Below are positions 37,141 through 46,028 of a stretch of DNA of 49,213 nucleotides, piece by piece. The position numbers and the translations under genes were made by a program. The stretch lies in IMG/VR virus record IMGVR_UViG_3300012090_000181; one strand, 5' to 3'. Position 1 is the first letter of the stretch. Each line of letters opens with the position of its first letter. The notes below the pieces were generated by a model that worked only from the letters and a program-made list of their open reading frames with translations, made no database searches and had not been told where the DNA came from. The DNA is from a virus.

Positions 37141-38105
37141 GCAGCGCCGGACTGATCGGCTTCGATCTTATTCAGGATCGCCCTGCCGACGAACTCGGCC
37201 AGATTGACCGGGACGGCATTGCCGATCATCTGCTCAAGGTTGGTCTTGCTGATCGGCTTATGTTCCTGGCCATCGGCATCTACATAGGCTGATGGTAGCC
37301 AGTTGAAATCTTTGGGAAAGGTCTGGATATAGCTGCGTTCGATCGTCGTCAGCGGGCGTAATCCCGGGGTGGTATGCGGCGCGGTGTCACCACGATGCCC
37401 TTTATAGCCCTTGGGCAACGGCCGATTGACCCCACGGACGGTAGGCGATGGCTCGTCTATGCTGTAGATCCCACGCCGATTGTAGTTGCGTGGATGCCGA
37501 TAATAGTGTTCGATACCGAGTGAGCTACCCAGGTAGTCGCGAATAGTCATCGACCTTTTCGAGAATGCCTGCTCCAGATAAGGGCGCAGAGCATCATCGT
37601 CCCCGGCTCGCTCGGCAATCATGAACAAGCGTTTGCGCTTCTGTGGCACCCCGCAGCGGGAAGCATCGAGGACGATCAGAGTGATCCCGTAACCGGCAGC
37701 TCTGATCTTGGCGACGGCGCTCTGATAGGTCGGGCTTTTCAGCGCCTGATCGACATTCTCCATGATCACCCATTGCGGTCGTAAGGAGATGACGACGTCT
37801 GCAAACGTCGGGGTCAGATTCGCCCTGGCTCCATCATGATCGCGCAGACCGGCCGAGGAGAAATCCTGACAGGGCGGCCCACCGGCGATGACCGTGGGTT
37901 TATAAGCAGCTATCTCTGAATAATCGCCTGACAGCGAAGCCATGTCCGCGTCGATCATCGGGTGATCAAAGTTGGCTCGATAGACCTCGATCGCCGGTTG
38001 CCAATGATCGAAAGCGGCGACTATCTTGAACCCGGCCTGTTCCAGGCCCTTGGACAGACCGCCACAACCGGCGAAGAGATCGACCGTATCCAGTATAGGC
38101 ACCAT
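37134..38105 (-). CDS. DNA (cytosine-5) methyltransferase, orphan
   Basis: DLFAGCGG, GGPPCQDFS, MENV, PQKRKR, RPLT, IGNAV; TRD YYRHPRNYNRRGIYSIDEPSPTVRGVNRP recalls GRCGYC-type enzymes (from memory). Confidence 0.95.
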   Translation of the reverse strand: MVPILDTVDLFAGCGGLSKGLEQAGFKIVAAFDHWQPAIEVYRANFDHPMIDADMASLSGDYSEIAAYKPTVIAGGPPCQDFSSAGLRDHDGARANLTPTFADVVISLRPQWVIMENVDQALKSPTYQSAVAKIRAAGYGITLIVLDASRCGVPQKRKRLFMIAERAGDDDALRPYLEQAFSKRSMTIRDYLGSSLGIEHYYRHPRNYNRRGIYSIDEPSPTVRGVNRPLPKGYKGHRGDTAPHTTPGLRPLTTIERSYIQTFPKDFNWLPSAYVDADGQEHKPISKTNLEQMIGNAVPVNLAEFVGRAILNKIEADQSGAAQ

Positions 38106-38248
38106 CAAACCGATGATAGCCGGCCGCCGAGGTCTGATCACTGCTTTGGCTTGACCTCGTCCGGCATCTCTGCTAGACTGGTCGAGAACCTATTCCCGCC
38201 AAGCTCAACTTGGCTTCGAGAAAACGACAGACAAGAAAGCGCAGACAA

Positions 38249-38620
38249 ATGAGCCTCAATCGTGAGAACATCATCTGGCCTAGTAAAGACGGCACCTGGA
38301 ACCGGGCCTTCTACGATTTCACCCCGGAAGACTGGAAGGATGATTACGATTACGAGTGGGACGTCGATTACGATTTCTCCCGCTTCAACTGGGTCTGCAC
38401 CGGACTGCCGACGCAGGAGGCTGCTGAAGAGGCCTGGGATGGGGCCAATCCCGGTGGTTATGAAATCATCGAAAAGTATCATGGCAACGCCAAAGAATGC
38501 AGACGCCTGGACAAGATGGCGGCGACGTTCAAGAAAGAAGCCCGTAAAGAACGCAGTGCTCGTCCTTATCAGTCGGTAAGTAGGCTAAGTCCGGTCTATA
38601 ACTACCGCAGTCGCTGGTAA
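38249..38620 (+). CDS. Trp/Asp-rich hypothetical protein (paralog of 36799..37140)
   Basis: MSLNRENIIWPSKDGTWNR...EWDVDYD...AWDGANPGG...LDKMAA. Confidence 0.82.
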   Translation: MSLNRENIIWPSKDGTWNRAFYDFTPEDWKDDYDYEWDVDYDFSRFNWVCTGLPTQEAAEEAWDGANPGGYEIIEKYHGNAKECRRLDKMAATFKKEARKERSARPYQSVSRLSPVYNYRSRW

Positions 38621-38626
38621 GCTGAA

Positions 38627-38932
38627 GTGATGAGCAGCTATTCTCCTCCTGATCCGTCTGCACTGGAAGCCGACTTGCTCGATTACCTGACCAGGCAAAC
38701 CCGGGTCGTGGATTTCTTGGAGATCAGTGATCATCTGTTCAATCTCTATCTCGATCCGGCCGGTGAGATGGGAGAGAAGGACTTCGAGCGCCTGACCTTG
38801 TTCGAGGATCATCAACTACCAGACCTGCTCGATCATCTTGTCGCAGATGGCAAGCTGCTGGTGTCCGCAGATGCGGACGGGTTTTGTAATCGCTACCAGA
38901 TGGCAGGCGCTGTTCCCGTGGCCGGCAACTGA
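38627..38932 (+). CDS. Small winged-helix-like hypothetical protein
   Basis: LLDYL...FLEISDHL...LLDHLVADGKL...RYQM. Confidence 0.6.
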   Translation: MMSSYSPPDPSALEADLLDYLTRQTRVVDFLEISDHLFNLYLDPAGEMGEKDFERLTLFEDHQLPDLLDHLVADGKLLVSADADGFCNRYQMAGAVPVAGN

Positions 38933-39129
38933 GCACTACATGGTCATCTCTTCGAGGGCGGCCTTGACCGGCTCCTTGGCGAGGCCGGTGCGCCGAGATC
39001 TGGAGCCTTACGGCTCCTTACCGAATTCTCGTAAAACCTCGTAAGAAGCAGCCAAGCTCCCCAGTCCTCGGGAGAACCTGAGTTCTCGGCGGCACCCGGC
39101 GAACAGCGTCAAGATGTGCTATGATACGT

Positions 39130-39362
39130 TCAATCGGGGGCACGCCCCCGGAGGAGCATGAATATGTGGAGCTTTCAGAAAAGCAGCGCATCAAAAATGC
39201 TCAGCCAATAATGGTTGATCGCAGGACAAACAGGAGTTCTTACCAGGGCGGGCAAGAAATGCTTGTCGGTGAATCTCGGAAGTCCTAGGATCGTATCCAT
39301 TTTTGATTGAGGTAAAGGCCCTGGAAACTATGAATGCCCCGTCATTGCGGCGGGGTATTTTA
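39130..39362 (+). ncRNA. Putative structured non-coding RNA
   Basis: TGCTATGAT extended -10 (39117-39125), no long ORF, many complementary segments, terminal intrinsic terminator. Confidence 0.55.
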
Positions 39363-39363
39363 T
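39333..39363 (+). terminator. Rho-independent terminator
   Basis: AATGCCCCGTC-attgc-GGCGGGGTATT followed by further T residues. Confidence 0.75.
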
Positions 39364-39782
39364 CGACTCAGGCCGGTGGTTCGGCAGGTAGATGGTTCAG
39401 CAGCTAAGCAGGTAGGCTAAGCAGAATAGCAGCTAAGCACATATTTTGCTGCCGAGATCCGTGGTTTCTCACCGCCTTGCAACGAACTCGAAGCTGTGCT
39501 ATACTGATGGAGATCCACGGGTCGTAGTCGACTGCGATCCCAGGAGGAACATATGTTCAGCGGAAGCTGGTTGGTCCGGAACAGGATGGCGCTCTTTTGA
39601 GAGGGTCCGGCAAAAACTGATTTGTCTTCGCGGTCCATCCGACCCGGTACTGTATCCACTTCACGTCATAAGCGGCCCTATAGAATGCCCCGGCTATCGG
39701 GGCATTCTCATGTCTGAAGGAGGAACAACGATACTGTTTGAGCAAGCCGTATCACTGCCTACGGTATAAGTCTGCATCGTCC

Positions 39783-40232
39783 TCAACTGCTGGTGCGATC
39801 CCGGCCCAGGAAAGCAGTCACCTTACCGACCAGTTCCTCGGAGGCGTCCATCGCTGCCTGATCCAGTGTTGCCATCACTCTCAGACGACCGACGCTCGGA
39901 GAAAACAGGTCCTGATAGACGGCAGCCACGTCTATGCGAGCTGTCGCCTTGATCGTCGGCCAAAGGAGCTGAGACAGCTGCTTCAGCATCTCATCGGCAT
40001 CGTCTTCCTCAGCGGCCAAGGGGATCTCTGCCAGCAGGCGTCTGACCGGATAGGACCCATCCAACACCTGAAGATCGATCACCAGCTTGCGCCTGGTGTT
40101 TCCGCTGCTGCCGATGGAGTCGGTGAAACGAGCGCCGATGACATGAGCCACAAGCTCCTGCTGAAATGCCGCCTTTGTCATCGCCGGCAGACTGCCATAC
40201 AAGATGTCATCGGCGCCCGGAGAACTGTTCAT
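39783..40232 (-). CDS. ILYG-tagged DUF669-like protein
   Basis: MNSSPGADDILYG; VAHVIGARF...SSG...KLVIDLQVLDGSY; TATCTT 6 nt before ATG. Confidence 0.7.
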   Translation of the reverse strand: MNSSPGADDILYGSLPAMTKAAFQQELVAHVIGARFTDSIGSSGNTRRKLVIDLQVLDGSYPVRRLLAEIPLAAEEDDADEMLKQLSQLLWPTIKATARIDVAAVYQDLFSPSVGRLRVMATLDQAAMDASEELVGKVTAFLGRDRTSS

Positions 40233-40399
40233 AGCTGAAAGATACTGCTTTCTTCGGCCGTAGATGTTCGGAACAAATAAGCTTCTTGAAGCTTATCCTG
40301 CCGTCGCCTGCTTCACCTGATGACCCGGGTTGAGTTGTTCTCTGCTGCCAGGCTCCAGATGATAAAGAAGCCATACTGCCTGGCAGCAGAGAATGATAC

Positions 40400-41560
40400 C
40401 TATCTGACGTGCTTCAGCTTCAGCCGCTTGAAGACTGTCTTCGTCTGTTTATGCTGCTTACCGTGATGCCGCACGATCCGCTCCCTGACCAGTACTTTCT
40501 TGGCCTTGGCCAGTTTTCTGACACCGAGTGGCTTCAGCTTGAGCGCGACGACTTTCGACTTCTTGGCCGGAACCCGGAACCGTGAGGGCCTCGACAATGT
40601 CTTGCCATGTTTGCGTTTGGTCAGCGCCCAGGCTCGGGTCACGCAACTACCCGGCTTACGGACAGCACATTTGACCCGTACGTACAGACGCTTATGGTAG
40701 ATGACCGCTTGATTAGGTCCTACCCCGGCTTGAAGAACAGCCGCCGGAATGCCATTGGTTCCATTATTCCCATTCCCATTGTTGCCGTTATTACCGTTGC
40801 CCTTGTTTCCATTACCGTTGTTATCGTTGCCGCTATTTCCATTGTTCCCACTGTTTCCGTTGTTTCCGGTTCCAGTGCTGCTGGTCGATGTCGCCAATGA
40901 GACATTGTCGTAGCCGACACTGCCTGCGGGTAGGAACGCAGCCGACGTATCGAATACCGAGGTGATCTGTATCGAGTACTGATGGCCGATGACCAACTGG
41001 GTCGGATTGACGGATGAACTGAACGAAGTCCAGTTGTCGGGAACGCCAGCCAAGGTAGTCTTGTTGGCCACCGATACGTTGTTGCCGCCAGAATGATCTA
41101 TAAGCATAATGCTGTAACTGGCGCTGGCCCCTGGGACATTCAGGAAATCGGCCAGGTTGGAAAGAATATCCAGCTTGATCGCAGCCGTGTCTGCCAGGGT
41201 CCCATCTACGCCATCATAGGTGAAAACAGGGCTCTCATATATTCCTGATGATGTGGCAGCGATCCCTGCCGAGACCAGACCGCCTTCTGACGTCTGTAGA
41301 TAGCCGTCGCTCTGACCGCCCGAACCCCCGCTCGGCTGATATGAGTTGGTGATCGTCGGGCAGGTCAGCCCGGAGACGCATAGGCTTGAAGCTGAAGTAG
41401 AACTTGTCCAGCCTCCATCGGAGGTACTGAACGTCTGGCTCTCCTGGTTCTGCGGATATACTGCATCGGCTGCCTTGGCCGGGGCGAGCTCGAAGAAAGA
41501 TACAGCCAGACAGATACCGATGATGATCGTTGCTGAGATAAGTCTTGAGTTTTTCATCAT
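40400..41560 (-). CDS. Secreted/surface protein with S/T/G-rich beta domain, GNN-repeat linker and basic C-terminal domain
   Basis: Signal peptide ending APAKA; (GNN/GNS)n at ~40760-40870; K/R-rich tail VRVKC...GSC...VALKLKPLG. Confidence 0.88.
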   Translation of the reverse strand: MMKNSRLISATIIIGICLAVSFFELAPAKAADAVYPQNQESQTFSTSDGGWTSSTSASSLCVSGLTCPTITNSYQPSGGSGGQSDGYLQTSEGGLVSAGIAATSSGIYESPVFTYDGVDGTLADTAAIKLDILSNLADFLNVPGASASYSIMLIDHSGGNNVSVANKTTLAGVPDNWTSFSSSVNPTQLVIGHQYSIQITSVFDTSAAFLPAGSVGYDNVSLATSTSSTGTGNNGNSGNNGNSGNDNNGNGNKGNGNNGNNGNGNNGTNGIPAAVLQAGVGPNQAVIYHKRLYVRVKCAVRKPGSCVTRAWALTKRKHGKTLSRPSRFRVPAKKSKVVALKLKPLGVRKLAKAKKVLVRERIVRHHGKQHKQTKTVFKRLKLKHVR

Positions 41561-41920
41561 AGTTCCAAACTATGTAACTGATCAGTGTGCACGCGTCTTT
41601 TCAAGGGCGCCTGGAGAATCGATCCGGCTTCAACCGAGCAGCCTGCCTGGACGAAACAGGGCAAAATGTTCTGTCTTGTCCAGGCAGGCTGCTCGGTTGG
41701 GACTACGGCTCTGCTACAGGCTCGGAACCGGGATAGACACTGCATTGTAAAGTAGTAGTCCGTACTACAGTGCTTCGACACAGCTCAGCCATGCAGCCCC
41801 GCCCCGGCATCCGTTTCAGGCGCGCATCGGACTTGCTTGTTCGCGGCGAAACTGCTAGAATAACTGGACTGCATGGCAAGTCGCTGAGTTCAGCCCAGTC
41901 CAAGATAAAGGAACGAGAAG

Positions 41921-42124
41921 ATGATCAGACAGAACTGTCGAGAGTTTGCCGCCGAGGCCAAGGAGATCTATCATGTCGGTTGTGAGATGATCTGCGAGGA
42001 AATGGAACAGGGTAACGATCCGATCGGAGACTATTTCGACGGCCTGGCCAAGATAGGCCTGCTGGCTGCCGGCGGGGCGCTCCTGTTCATCGCCGCTGTC
42101 ATCGCACTGATGATGCTGATCTAG
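41921..42124 (+). CDS. Small membrane protein
   Basis: C-terminal TM helix; AAGGA SD. Confidence 0.6.
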   Translation: MIRQNCREFAAEAKEIYHVGCEMICEEMEQGNDPIGDYFDGLAKIGLLAAGGALLFIAAVIALMMLI

Positions 42125-42155
42125 ATCGGACCCGGAAAGAGCCTATAATCAGATC

Positions 42156-42437
42156 ATGGCCTTGAAGCAGACGCATCTCGAACTACCCGGTGAGACCCAG
42201 CTCAAAGAGGGAAGGACCGTACTGGCTGTCATCAGTTTCGTGTCCGCCTTCTGGCTCGGTGGTGCCGTGGCGCTCATACTGCTGCTTCACCAGCTCGATC
42301 TCAACGCCTGGGTAGGTATCGGTAGTTGCCTGTTATTGTCGCTGTTGTCTCTGTTCGGCCTATATGTCGAGTTGCAGATACAACGCAAGACCTACCAGGA
42401 GCGTCAGCAGGCTTTCGAGAGGATGATCGGAGAATGA
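42156..42437 (+). CDS. Two-TM membrane protein
   Basis: TATAAT 6 nt before ATG; two hydrophobic helices. Confidence 0.7.
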   Translation: MALKQTHLELPGETQLKEGRTVLAVISFVSAFWLGGAVALILLLHQLDLNAWVGIGSCLLLSLLSLFGLYVELQIQRKTYQERQQAFERMIGE

Positions 42438-43105
42438 GCCAGGCGATCATGATGATGGGTATCAGCGCCCGTAGGGTCCCGATGGATTTCGACTGGCCGC
42501 AGAACAAGACTTGGAAAGGATACGTCGGGCCGACATCAAGACGTTGCCCTGCAACTGATTGCGAGAACGGACAGATCAGCGCTCGACGAGCTGCCGAACG
42601 TGTCGTCAGCCTGCTGATGTTACTGGCCGAAGACAGTGATCGCGGCCGGCTGCATCCTTGGCTCGAGGACAGTCTTGATGTCGTCCCCGGTCCGGAGATC
42701 AAAGAACTGACCAGTGGCCTGGCCGGTCGTGAGCCAAGAATGTTCGGGCATGATTCTTCTGACAACTGGCAGGCGCTGAAGAAAATCATCGCCGCCGCCG
42801 GTTTGCCCGAAGACTGGGGTATCTGCCCGGTCTGTCATGGGCGTGGCTCCCATCCTGACGATCAGGCCCGAGCAGATGAATGGGAATCTTATGATCCGCC
42901 CGATGGTGACGGTTACCAGCTATGGGAGACGATCAGCGAGGGGTCACCTGTCTCCCCGGTCTTCGCCACGCCATCAGAACTGGCCCGCTGGACAGAAGCC
43001 AATCCTCCGGGGAACTACAGTACCTTGACCTATTCCGATTGGCTGGGAGTGATAACCGGCAGGGTCATGGGAACGGACCTGGCCAGCGGCAAGCCCGTCA
43101 CTTGA
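42434..43105 (+). CDS. Phage-like hypothetical protein with DnaJ-type CxxCxGxG zinc knuckle
   Basis: RRVPMDFDWP, CPATDCENG, CPVCHGRG, GYQLWETISEGSPVSPVF; ATGA coupling. Confidence 0.8.
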   Translation: MSQAIMMMGISARRVPMDFDWPQNKTWKGYVGPTSRRCPATDCENGQISARRAAERVVSLLMLLAEDSDRGRLHPWLEDSLDVVPGPEIKELTSGLAGREPRMFGHDSSDNWQALKKIIAAAGLPEDWGICPVCHGRGSHPDDQARADEWESYDPPDGDGYQLWETISEGSPVSPVFATPSELARWTEANPPGNYSTLTYSDWLGVITGRVMGTDLASGKPVT

Positions 43106-43160
43106 AATGAAATGCGCTTTCAGGATAAGGTGTCCTGCTTTCCGGAGTGACTGATAAGGT

Positions 43161-44558
43161 TCAGCTCAACGGGCCGGCGGCAAAACCTGTCAGCTGCACG
43201 TGAGTTCCACCACCGCTTCCTTCTACGCCGGCGTATCCGCTGGAGTAAGTATTATCATCAGCGGTGATCACTGTTGCCCATTGAGTACCGCCGCCTGAGA
43301 GGCTGCCTCCGGTGGAATGATAAGCTTTGACTGTTCCAAAAGCCGGGTTAACCACCAAAGCCCATTTACCGCCAGTACTTCCTGGATCATAAGCGCCGGA
43401 CGGAGAATACCCGCCGAGGATGGTCGGCACTCCATTGACCCACTTTGTCAAGACTACCACGAAACTGACATAACCGCTAAAACCGGATACGAAAGATAGT
43501 TGATAACCGTTCTCAGAATTACTTGGAGAGCTTCCTCCTGGACTCGGCATAGCCGCCCAAAGTGCGACGTACGTTCCTTTTGTATTGCCTTGCCCGTCTC
43601 CAAAAGTTGCTTGGGTGGCGAAACCGGCGTTGCCGCCGGCGCTGATGCTTCCCCCAGCACTCCAATACGAACCTTCAGCTTTTGAAGGACTCGATCCTCC
43701 ATCTGGATACCAGCCAGTAGTCGTATTCGTTTGAAAGTTTCCTTTCTGGTTGGCTGCAGTGCTGTAACTCGTCACCGCCGTATAGCTGATAGCCGGAGTA
43801 TAAGGAGTGGCTGTATTCAAATCTACCTCATTCCAACTGGTTCCGGTGGTCAAAGGAGTCCATTGGTCAGCATGGAAGAAAGGATTGTCTGTCATCGAAG
43901 GATTCAGCCCATTCAAGCCTGTACTGACCTGAGTATCCGTTGGGGAAGAAGGCGTACCACCATCATCTCCTGTTCCACCATCGCCTGGATCACCACTACC
44001 ACCATCATCTCCAGTGCCACCGCCTGATCCCTCGGCAGCCCATTCAGCAGCGCTCTTACAACCCAGGTAATGCAGTTGCGAGTAGTTGGTCACTTCCAGC
44101 TTACAGAGATCACCAGATTGGGATAAGACTGCAGCATTGAATGTTGTCGCCGTATCGTCCGAGGTCAGATAAACGTAATCCGGTTGCATCGCTGTCGGAG
44201 TACCATCATAATCATCCGGAGTGATCGTGCCGATACTCTTGGCAGAGATCACAAAAGTCAGTTCGGGTTCGCTCTTGTCCAATGCTGATTTCATGCTTGT
44301 CAAAGGATAATCAGCAGTGACCAGATCCCCGCCTTGACCGGTGGCGACACTTCTGGCCACCTTGTAAGTCGTGTTCAGGGCAACCAGGGCCTTCGTGTTA
44401 TTGGCTTTATCTTGCTGATTCAAGAAAGTAGGTAAGGCGATCGCCAAGAGAATACCGATGATCAAGATAACGACCAACAGCTCGACCAAGGTAAAGCCGT
44501 GTTGCTCGTTCGAGAACTGATCATGTCTGCGGCTGCTGAAGCGCCTTATCACCTTCAT
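43161..44558 (-). CDS. Type IV pilin-like protein with C-terminal beta-rich domain (copy 1)
   Basis: Prepilin cleavage/methylation motif G|FTLVELLVVILIIGILLAIALPTF; Cys pair; G/D linker. Confidence 0.92.
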   Translation of the reverse strand: MKVIRRFSSRRHDQFSNEQHGFTLVELLVVILIIGILLAIALPTFLNQQDKANNTKALVALNTTYKVARSVATGQGGDLVTADYPLTSMKSALDKSEPELTFVISAKSIGTITPDDYDGTPTAMQPDYVYLTSDDTATTFNAAVLSQSGDLCKLEVTNYSQLHYLGCKSAAEWAAEGSGGGTGDDGGSGDPGDGGTGDDGGTPSSPTDTQVSTGLNGLNPSMTDNPFFHADQWTPLTTGTSWNEVDLNTATPYTPAISYTAVTSYSTAANQKGNFQTNTTTGWYPDGGSSPSKAEGSYWSAGGSISAGGNAGFATQATFGDGQGNTKGTYVALWAAMPSPGGSSPSNSENGYQLSFVSGFSGYVSFVVVLTKWVNGVPTILGGYSPSGAYDPGSTGGKWALVVNPAFGTVKAYHSTGGSLSGGGTQWATVITADDNTYSSGYAGVEGSGGGTHVQLTGFAAGPLS

Positions 44559-44605
44559 AAGACAACGATTGCAGGTAAGTAATGCGTACGAGCTTTTTCT
44601 TCTTA
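44559..44605 (-). promoter_or_regulatory. Conserved pilin upstream element
   Basis: TAAG..GAAAA...CTGCAATCGT-6nt-ATG; same spacing at 45972-46018 and 47627-47673. Confidence 0.6.
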
Positions 44606-44699
44606 GAGAAAACTAAAATCATCGTGAACTCACAACATCGCCTGGCATTTGTCGGACGCTTCATCTGTATTTCCGTGCTTTTCCTGCCGGGTCGATATT

Positions 44700-45971
44700 T
44701 CAGTTCAATGAGCCGGCTGCCAGGCTCATGATGCCCATGGTGTTGCCACCGCCCTGCATTGCTGCGTACCCACTGGTGTAGGTTGAATCTGAGGCATCGA
44801 GCACCTTCGTATAAGCGGAGCTCCCTGTGTTGGGATTGACCCAGGCAGACACGTCTCCATTGTATACGACCAGTGCGATCTTGCTTTGACTGGCGATCGA
44901 TATCGAAGAGTTACTGTCAAGAATGGTCATCACCCCATTGGTCCATTTTGCCAGGACCAGGCTATACGGGCCGCTGGTCGTCCCGCCATTGCCGGCGGTC
45001 CAGGAAAGCTGATAGCCAGATTCCGTATTTGCCGGATCAGGCATGGCTGCCCACAAGGCGGCGAAGCGGCCAAGGCAGCTACCGCCAGTGCATTCGTCTG
45101 GCTTCAATGCCAACGTCGCCAAGCCTTTCGCTCCTTGAGAGAACGATCCACCCGATGGGGCATTCCAATAAAGACCTGATGTCAGCGAGCTGGTGTTGCC
45201 ACTGGCATCTTTGTTGTCATAGCCCGCCTTGAAGATACCCGGTGTCCAAGCCCAGCCCGTTGATGCCCAGATGCTTCCTGTCTGGGTCGCCCATGACATC
45301 GAAGTCCAGTTGTTTCTACTTGAAACAGGAAGGCCGTCCAGACTGTCACTGATTTGTTGTGCTGTCGGACTGCTGCCTCCAGATCCATCATCACCTGAGC
45401 CTCCGTTGTCTCCTGTTCCACCGTCATCACCGGTCCCGCCATCGCCAGGATCGCCTGATCCCTCGGCAGCCCATTCAGCAGCGCTTTTACATCCCAGATA
45501 ATGTAGTTGCGAGTAATCGGTCACTTCCAGTTTGCATAGGTCACCGGATTCGGACAAGACCGCAGCGTTGAAAGTAGTCGCGGTATCGTCCGAGGTCAGG
45601 TAAACATCGCCTGGCTGCATCGCTGTCGGAGTACCATCATAATCATCCGGGGTGATCGCGTCGATGCCTTTGGCGGCGATCACGAAAGTCAGCTCAGGCT
45701 CGCTCTTATCCAGGGAAGCTTTCATGTCAGTCAGTGGATGATCAGCGGTAACCAGATCCCCGCCTTGTCCCGTGGCTACGCTTCGAGCGACCTTATAGGT
45801 TGTGTTCAAGGCAACAAGCGCCTTGGTGTTATTGGCTTTATTCTGTTGATTGAGAAAAGTGGGTAGAGCTATCGCCAGCAAGATACCGATGATCAAGATC
45901 ACAACCAGCAGCTCGACCAAGGTGAAACCGTGCTGTTTATCCTGATCACGCCAGCTCTGTAACCGCCCCAT
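44700..45971 (-). CDS. Type IV pilin-like protein with C-terminal beta-rich domain (copy 2)
   Basis: Same prepilin motif and conserved N-terminal ~170 aa. Confidence 0.92.
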   Translation of the reverse strand: MGRLQSWRDQDKQHGFTLVELLVVILIIGILLAIALPTFLNQQNKANNTKALVALNTTYKVARSVATGQGGDLVTADHPLTDMKASLDKSEPELTFVIAAKGIDAITPDDYDGTPTAMQPGDVYLTSDDTATTFNAAVLSESGDLCKLEVTDYSQLHYLGCKSAAEWAAEGSGDPGDGGTGDDGGTGDNGGSGDDGSGGSSPTAQQISDSLDGLPVSSRNNWTSMSWATQTGSIWASTGWAWTPGIFKAGYDNKDASGNTSSLTSGLYWNAPSGGSFSQGAKGLATLALKPDECTGGSCLGRFAALWAAMPDPANTESGYQLSWTAGNGGTTSGPYSLVLAKWTNGVMTILDSNSSISIASQSKIALVVYNGDVSAWVNPNTGSSAYTKVLDASDSTYTSGYAAMQGGGNTMGIMSLAAGSLN

Positions 45972-46028
45972 GCATTGACGATTGCAGACAAGAAAAGAGC
46001 ATGAAGATTTTCGCCTTATTTCCTAGGG

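Noticed and set aside
39130-39362. tRNA, tmRNA, RNase P or SRP RNA identity for the structured region
   Set aside because: No cloverleaf or T-loop/CCA end, and no exact RNase P or SRP consensus was found; left as an unassigned ncRNA candidate.
3461-40205. ILYG motif as a DNA/RNA element (ATCCTCTATGG consensus)
   Set aside because: Several copies share this DNA sequence, but the others differ at synonymous or conservative positions and all are in the same coding frame, which favours a peptide signal. An RNA-level role is not fully excluded.
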